A stretch of 13,586 nucleotides of DNA from Octopus sinensis (lineage: Eukaryota): positions 1 through 13,586 of the forward strand of contig NW_021826381.1 in assembly GCF_006345805.1 (NCBI RefSeq), in the 5' to 3' direction. The first letter of the stretch is position 1. Each line of letters begins with the position of its first letter. Positions 10,076-13,586 of the stretch are shown here, one piece after another. The translations under genes and the position numbers were made by a program. The notes beneath the pieces are model-generated. The model was not told the origin of the DNA, made no database searches, and saw only the letters and a list, made by a program, of their open reading frames with translations.

Positions 10076-10539
10076 TTTACATATAGCGACATATACCTCT
10101 CTGTGTGCGCGTGTATGTGTGTGTGTTTGTGCGCGTGTGTCTGTGTTTCATGTGTGTGCATAAGTGTCTTCGCGAGCACACATCTGGGTGTACGCGCGCG
10201 CGTTGTGGGTACCGATGATTTCGACTTAATTTTCTAGCATCATTACGAAAGTTAATTTGCATATTTCACTCGGCAGTAACGAAATACTCGGCAGTAATGT
10301 CTTCCTCGCCTTCCACCACCATCGTTGTCGTCGTCGTTGTCATCAATAGCTCAATGCCAGTCGTCATGTGTGTCTTGGAACAGGCTTCCACAGACCTATC
10401 AACCTCACCAAGAACCATCTGTTGCGCCTGGCCTCCTCTCCCTATCCCCCACCCTACACACCCTCCCACGGAGTTAGTCTCTTCAAATTTCACTGGAAAA
10501 TAGAGCGTGACATTGGCAAAGGAAGCATAAATAATTCAA

Positions 10540-11285
10540 CATGAGGTCTTGCGTGCATGTGTGTCCTGCAAATGAGTGTGTGAGTGTGTGCGTGCATGTA
10601 TTCTTCTGTATGCATATTGTGTATGTGTGTGTGTGCGTGTCTTTGTATGTTCGTCTGCACATTTGCATACGTGTGTGGGGGTGCGTGTGTGCGGGTGCGT
10701 GTGTGCGGGTGCGTGTGGGGGGGGGTGCGGGGTGCGTGTGCGTCTGTATATATATCTTATAGCTATATCTATATTTATTATATATGTATATATACATATA
10801 TATACATATATATTTATGTACATATATATACTAATGTATGTATGTATGCATGTATGTATGTATGTATGCATGCATGCATTATGTATGTATGTGTGGTGTA
10901 TGTATGCATGCATGCATGTATGTATGTATGTATGTATGTATGTATGCATGCATGCATGTATGTATGTATTATGTATATGTATGTATGCATGCATGCATGT
11001 ATGCATGTATGTTGATGTATGTATGTATGCATGCATGTATGTATGTGTGATGTATGTATGTATGTAGTATGTATGCATGTATGGTATTTATGTATGTATG
11101 TTGTAGTATGTATGTGTATGCATGTATGTATGTATGTATGTTATGTATGTATGTATGTTGTATGTATGTATGCATGTATGTATGGTATGTATGTATGTAT
11201 GTATGCAGCATGTATGTATGTAATGTATGTATGTATGTGTGTATGTATGTATGTATGTAATGCATGCATGTATTATGTATGTATA
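10540..11285 (+). repeat. Large compound simple-repeat block: (TG)/(TGCG), (TA), then a (TATG)/(CATG) mosaic
   Basis: Read directly; it explains all the MYVC/HTYI ORFs in this interval. Confidence 0.92.
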
Positions 11286-11404
11286 CCAGAGACATGCCAT
11301 ATTCACACAAATATATTCCAAGTTGCGTAAAAGTTATTTCATATTTTCACTGATGACTTTTTGGGCAACTTCTTCTCCATGACATATCAGTATTTGAATA
11401 CAAA

Positions 11405-11753
11405 ACTTTAATTACTATTGACAAACTTTGTGCACATCTTGTTGTGTATGTTGGTCGTTAACACACATGTTTCGGCTGATATAGCCCCACCAGCCTGATA
11501 TACACGCCACCACCAAGTGTCTTGGGGAAAATTTCGAACCTCGTTCTCATTCTAAGTATTTTCGTGATATTAATTATTATTATTATTATTATATATTATT
11601 ATTATTATTATGATTATTATTATTATTAATTATTATTGTTGTTGTGTTGTTGTTGTTGTTGTGTTGTTGTTGTTTGGTAATTCAGGTCACTGCCTTGAAT
11701 CGAATCGGAATCTTGGGTTAGTAGCCCTCGCACTTACACTACGCTATATGCCC
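11405..11753 (-). mobile_element. tRNA-headed retroposon, family 4, left arm of the inverted pair
   Basis: Minus strand: GGGCATA-TAGCGTAGTGT (A-box-like, 11736-11746), GGGCTACTAACCC anticodon-like arm, GATTCGATTC degenerate B box, an (AAC)n-(AAT)n tract, CGAAAATACTTAGAATGAGAAC...GGTTCGAAATTTTCCCCAAGACAC, and GGCTG...CAGCCGAAAC. Colinear with the + strand copy. Confidence 0.85.
11460..11521 (-). ncRNA. Second, core-disrupted hammerhead motif in the left arm
   Basis: Minus strand: GACAC, then a CTGATGA core replaced by about 20 nt of degenerate duplicated sequence, then A-GGCTG-(12 nt)-CAGCC-GAA-ACATGT-GTGTT. Stem II and both stem I arms are intact; the core and H17 are lost. Confidence 0.5.
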
Positions 11754-11757
11754 ACTT

Positions 11758-12090
11758 GTGTTAAGAGCGCGGGCTACTAACCCCAAGATTCCGAGTTCGA
11801 TTCAAGGCAGTGACTTGAATAATAATATAATAATAAAATATAATTATAAAATAATAATAATAATAACACAACAAACAACAACAACAACACCACAACACAA
11901 CACAACACCAACATCGAAAATACCTTAGGAATGAGAAGGCAGGTTCGAAATTTCCCCAAGACACCTGATGAAGGCTGGAGGGTATCTCCGAAACGTTGTA
12001 TTAACAACAAGCAAGATGAGAACAAATGTAAATAAATGTAAATAATTTAAATAGTGTACATAATTCCTCATCTCTGAAATATAGAACTGT
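11758..12090 (+). mobile_element. tRNA-headed retroposon, family 4, right arm (truncated within the A box)
   Basis: GTGTTAAGAGCGCGGGCTACTAACCCC (GGG-CTACTAA-CCC arm, ACT in the anticodon position), B box GTTCGATTC (11795-11803), an (AAT)n-(AAC)n tract, and a body colinear with the left arm. The 3' end is approximate. Confidence 0.85.
11960..12002 (+). ncRNA. Degenerate minimal type I hammerhead ribozyme motif
   Basis: GACAC (stem I 5' arm), CTGATGA (11965-11971), a stem II region with GGAG/CTCC, GAA (11990-11992), ACGT palindromic stem III, T (H17, 11997), and GTATT (stem I 3' arm, 4/5 pairs). Order and spacing fit a type I hammerhead, but stem II is altered. Confidence 0.6.
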
Positions 12091-12152
12091 TGATACAACT
12101 TGTTGCCGAGGTCGTTGCACAATTGGTGTTATTGTTGATTTTCGTATATAAC

Positions 12153-12442
12153 AATATAGCATTATCACCCGGCGGTTGCCGGGTTTGTAAGGGTAATAAC
12201 TATATAAGCATTTTTAGAGAGTTATAGCCAAAAAATAGCAAAAAATTCATTAAAAATGGAAAAAAAATTTTTTTTTTAATCGTAGACTCATCGTAGACGC
12301 GCACTAATACCCAGAAGGGTTCGATATGAATCACGACTATAAGATACCCGGTTTTGGTTAAACTGCACCGCAAAATGTGGGAGTAGTTAGGAATCTAAAT
12401 CGTAGGAGACAGACATACAACTTGACTTTTATATATAAAGAT
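12153..12442 (+). mobile_element. Probable non-autonomous Helitron/Helentron-like (HINE/DINE-1-type) element
   Basis: A 5' GC-rich hairpin ACCCGGC-GGTT-GCCGGGT (12167-12184) just inside the start, A-rich body, and a 3' ACAGACA...CTTTTATATATAAAGAT end with the palindrome TTTATATATAAA (12428-12439). This architecture resembles DINE-1/Lep1-type elements. No coding sequence and no TSD seen. Confidence 0.5.
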
Positions 12443-12481
12443 AATCATTAATTGTATGTTCTCTATTTTACAGCTTTGATA

Positions 12482-12702
12482 ATGAGTAGTGAAAAAATAT
12501 CAAACGGATCCATTTTACGCTACCTGCGGATAAAAGGACTGACTGCAAAGGCATCGGGAAAAGAAATTAATGATGTAAACGGCCTAGGAGCTGTCAACGA
12601 ACGTGTAGCACAAAACTAGTTTGCCGGTTCAAGGTAGGTAATGCTACCCTCGAGGACAATCCGCAGTCAAGGAGACTGTCTGTCATGGAAGATGAGGCTT
12701 AG
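12482..12702 (+). pseudogene. mariner (DD34D) transposase N-terminal HTH fragment
   Basis: MSSEKISNGSILRYLRIKGLTAKASGKEINDVNGLGAVNERVAQN*FA, frameshift, RFKVGNATLEDNPQSRRLSVMEDEA*. It parallels the Hsmar1-type HTH region (GTANERTVQWWFKKF.KGDESLEDEERSGRPS). Confidence 0.85.
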
Positions 12703-12704
12703 CC

Positions 12705-12940
12705 TGAAATTCCGCTACCCGGCAAAGATCAATTGAAGGGATGCACTTCTACAGTATTACAATGGCCCAGGATGCACTGCCAATGTAACCTGACCTTACA
12801 TGTTCAGACTACTTTTTCAGCCATGGCTTATTTCTTGCATAGACAGACATTCAACAATGTGGGTAAGGATGAAAATGGGTGCAGGGAGATTTTTGCCTTA
12901 AATCAAGCCAAATCGTATGGGCTGGGAATTGAGCTTTTCG
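12705..12940 (+). pseudogene. mariner transposase C-terminal fragment, misplaced duplicate (copy 1)
   Basis: RYPAKIN*RDALLQYYNGPGCTANVT / PDLTCSDY / SAMAYFLHRQTFNNVGKDENGCREIFALNQAKSYGLGIELF. About 83% identical (17 mismatches in the first ~100 nt, hand count) to the segment starting at 13340. Confidence 0.85.
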
Positions 12941-12942
12941 CT

Positions 12943-13586
12943 CAAGCACTCGTATATTATCGGCAGAACTTGATCCTTCACAAAGCATCATCATTCGGCA
13001 CCGCTCAAAGTTCGGCCTTGCGAACGAAGACTGTCGTGAAGTTCCTCATAAACTGATCAATGACCAAACTCAGTGAGGTGTGAACACTTGTAAACAACTG
13101 CTGGCAAATCTTCGAGATTTGAGCATCAAAAACTGGATCTATTTTCGTAATCTTAATCAGAGAAATCTATTCCGGTTAGATATCAGAACCTTGTCCAAAC
13201 AAGAGCGGCGTGCACAGAATGTCATGTTGTGTCTTGTGTGAAATTTCAAGGGTGTGTTGCACTTTGTCCAAATGATCATGTTGTGAACGCTAACCTTTAT
13301 GGTCAACAACTGCAGTAAGTATACGATGCATTGAAACCACGCTACCCGGCAATGGTCACTTGAAGACGTGCACTTCTACAGCATTACAATGGCCTAGCAC
13401 GCACTGCCAATGTGACCAGACGTCACACCTTCAGATTACCTTCTTTTCCAAGCCATAGACAGATATTGTTTCCTGCATTGACAGAGATTTAATAATGTGG
13501 ATTGGTTGAAAACGGGTGCCGGGAGATCTTTGCCTTATACCAAGCAAACGGTATGAGCGTGGAACTGAACTTCTTACGTATAATGG
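12943..13586 (+). pseudogene. mariner transposase middle and C-terminal fragment, running to the window edge
   Basis: STRILSAELDPSQSIIIRH...CREVPHKL (WVPHEL-like, 13041-13055)...NTCKQLL..[first-D motif deleted]..NWIYF...NVMLCLV*NFKGVLHF, frameshift, NANLYGQQLQ*VYDALKPRYPAMVT*RRALLQHYNG...PDVTPSDYLLF...RFNNVD...YERGTELL. Confidence 0.88.

Noticed and set aside
574-11330. Numerous ORFs rich in HT/CV/YI/MYVC/IYLS repeats
   Set aside because: These are translations of dinucleotide and tetranucleotide microsatellites that lack stop codons in some frames; no domain-like content.
11758-11815. Functional tRNA genes at the SINE heads (including 4200-4270 and 9491-9565)
   Set aside because: Acceptor and T stems are incomplete and each head continues into a repeat body; these are SINE heads, not tRNAs.
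12733-13056. 107-aa ORF as an intact CDS
   Set aside because: Only its middle is in the mariner frame; it spans a rearrangement junction in a multiply disrupted pseudogene.

Overview
Repeat-dense, gene-free eukaryotic DNA, most likely an intron or intergenic region of an octopus or other coleoid cephalopod. That taxon call is an inference from my recollection of these SINE families and from the microsatellite load. No intact protein-coding gene is supportable: nearly all ORF-track entries are microsatellite read-throughs or SINE antisense frames. The window holds five copies of one tRNA-derived SINE with an internal microsatellite, two other tRNA-derived SINEs (one with a 13-bp TSD), and a head-to-head inverted pair of a fourth tRNA-headed element whose 3' part carries a degenerate minimal type I hammerhead ribozyme motif. 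It also holds three fossil DNA transposons (a Chapaev3/CACTA-like 3' end, a maT/DD37D Tc1-mariner split by a SINE, and a scrambled, partly duplicated DD34D mariner), a probable non-autonomous Helitron/Helentron-like element, and many microsatellites. The best lead is the tRNA-head plus hammerhead element: the two damaged copies complement each other and together reconstruct a complete dimer-type hammerhead.
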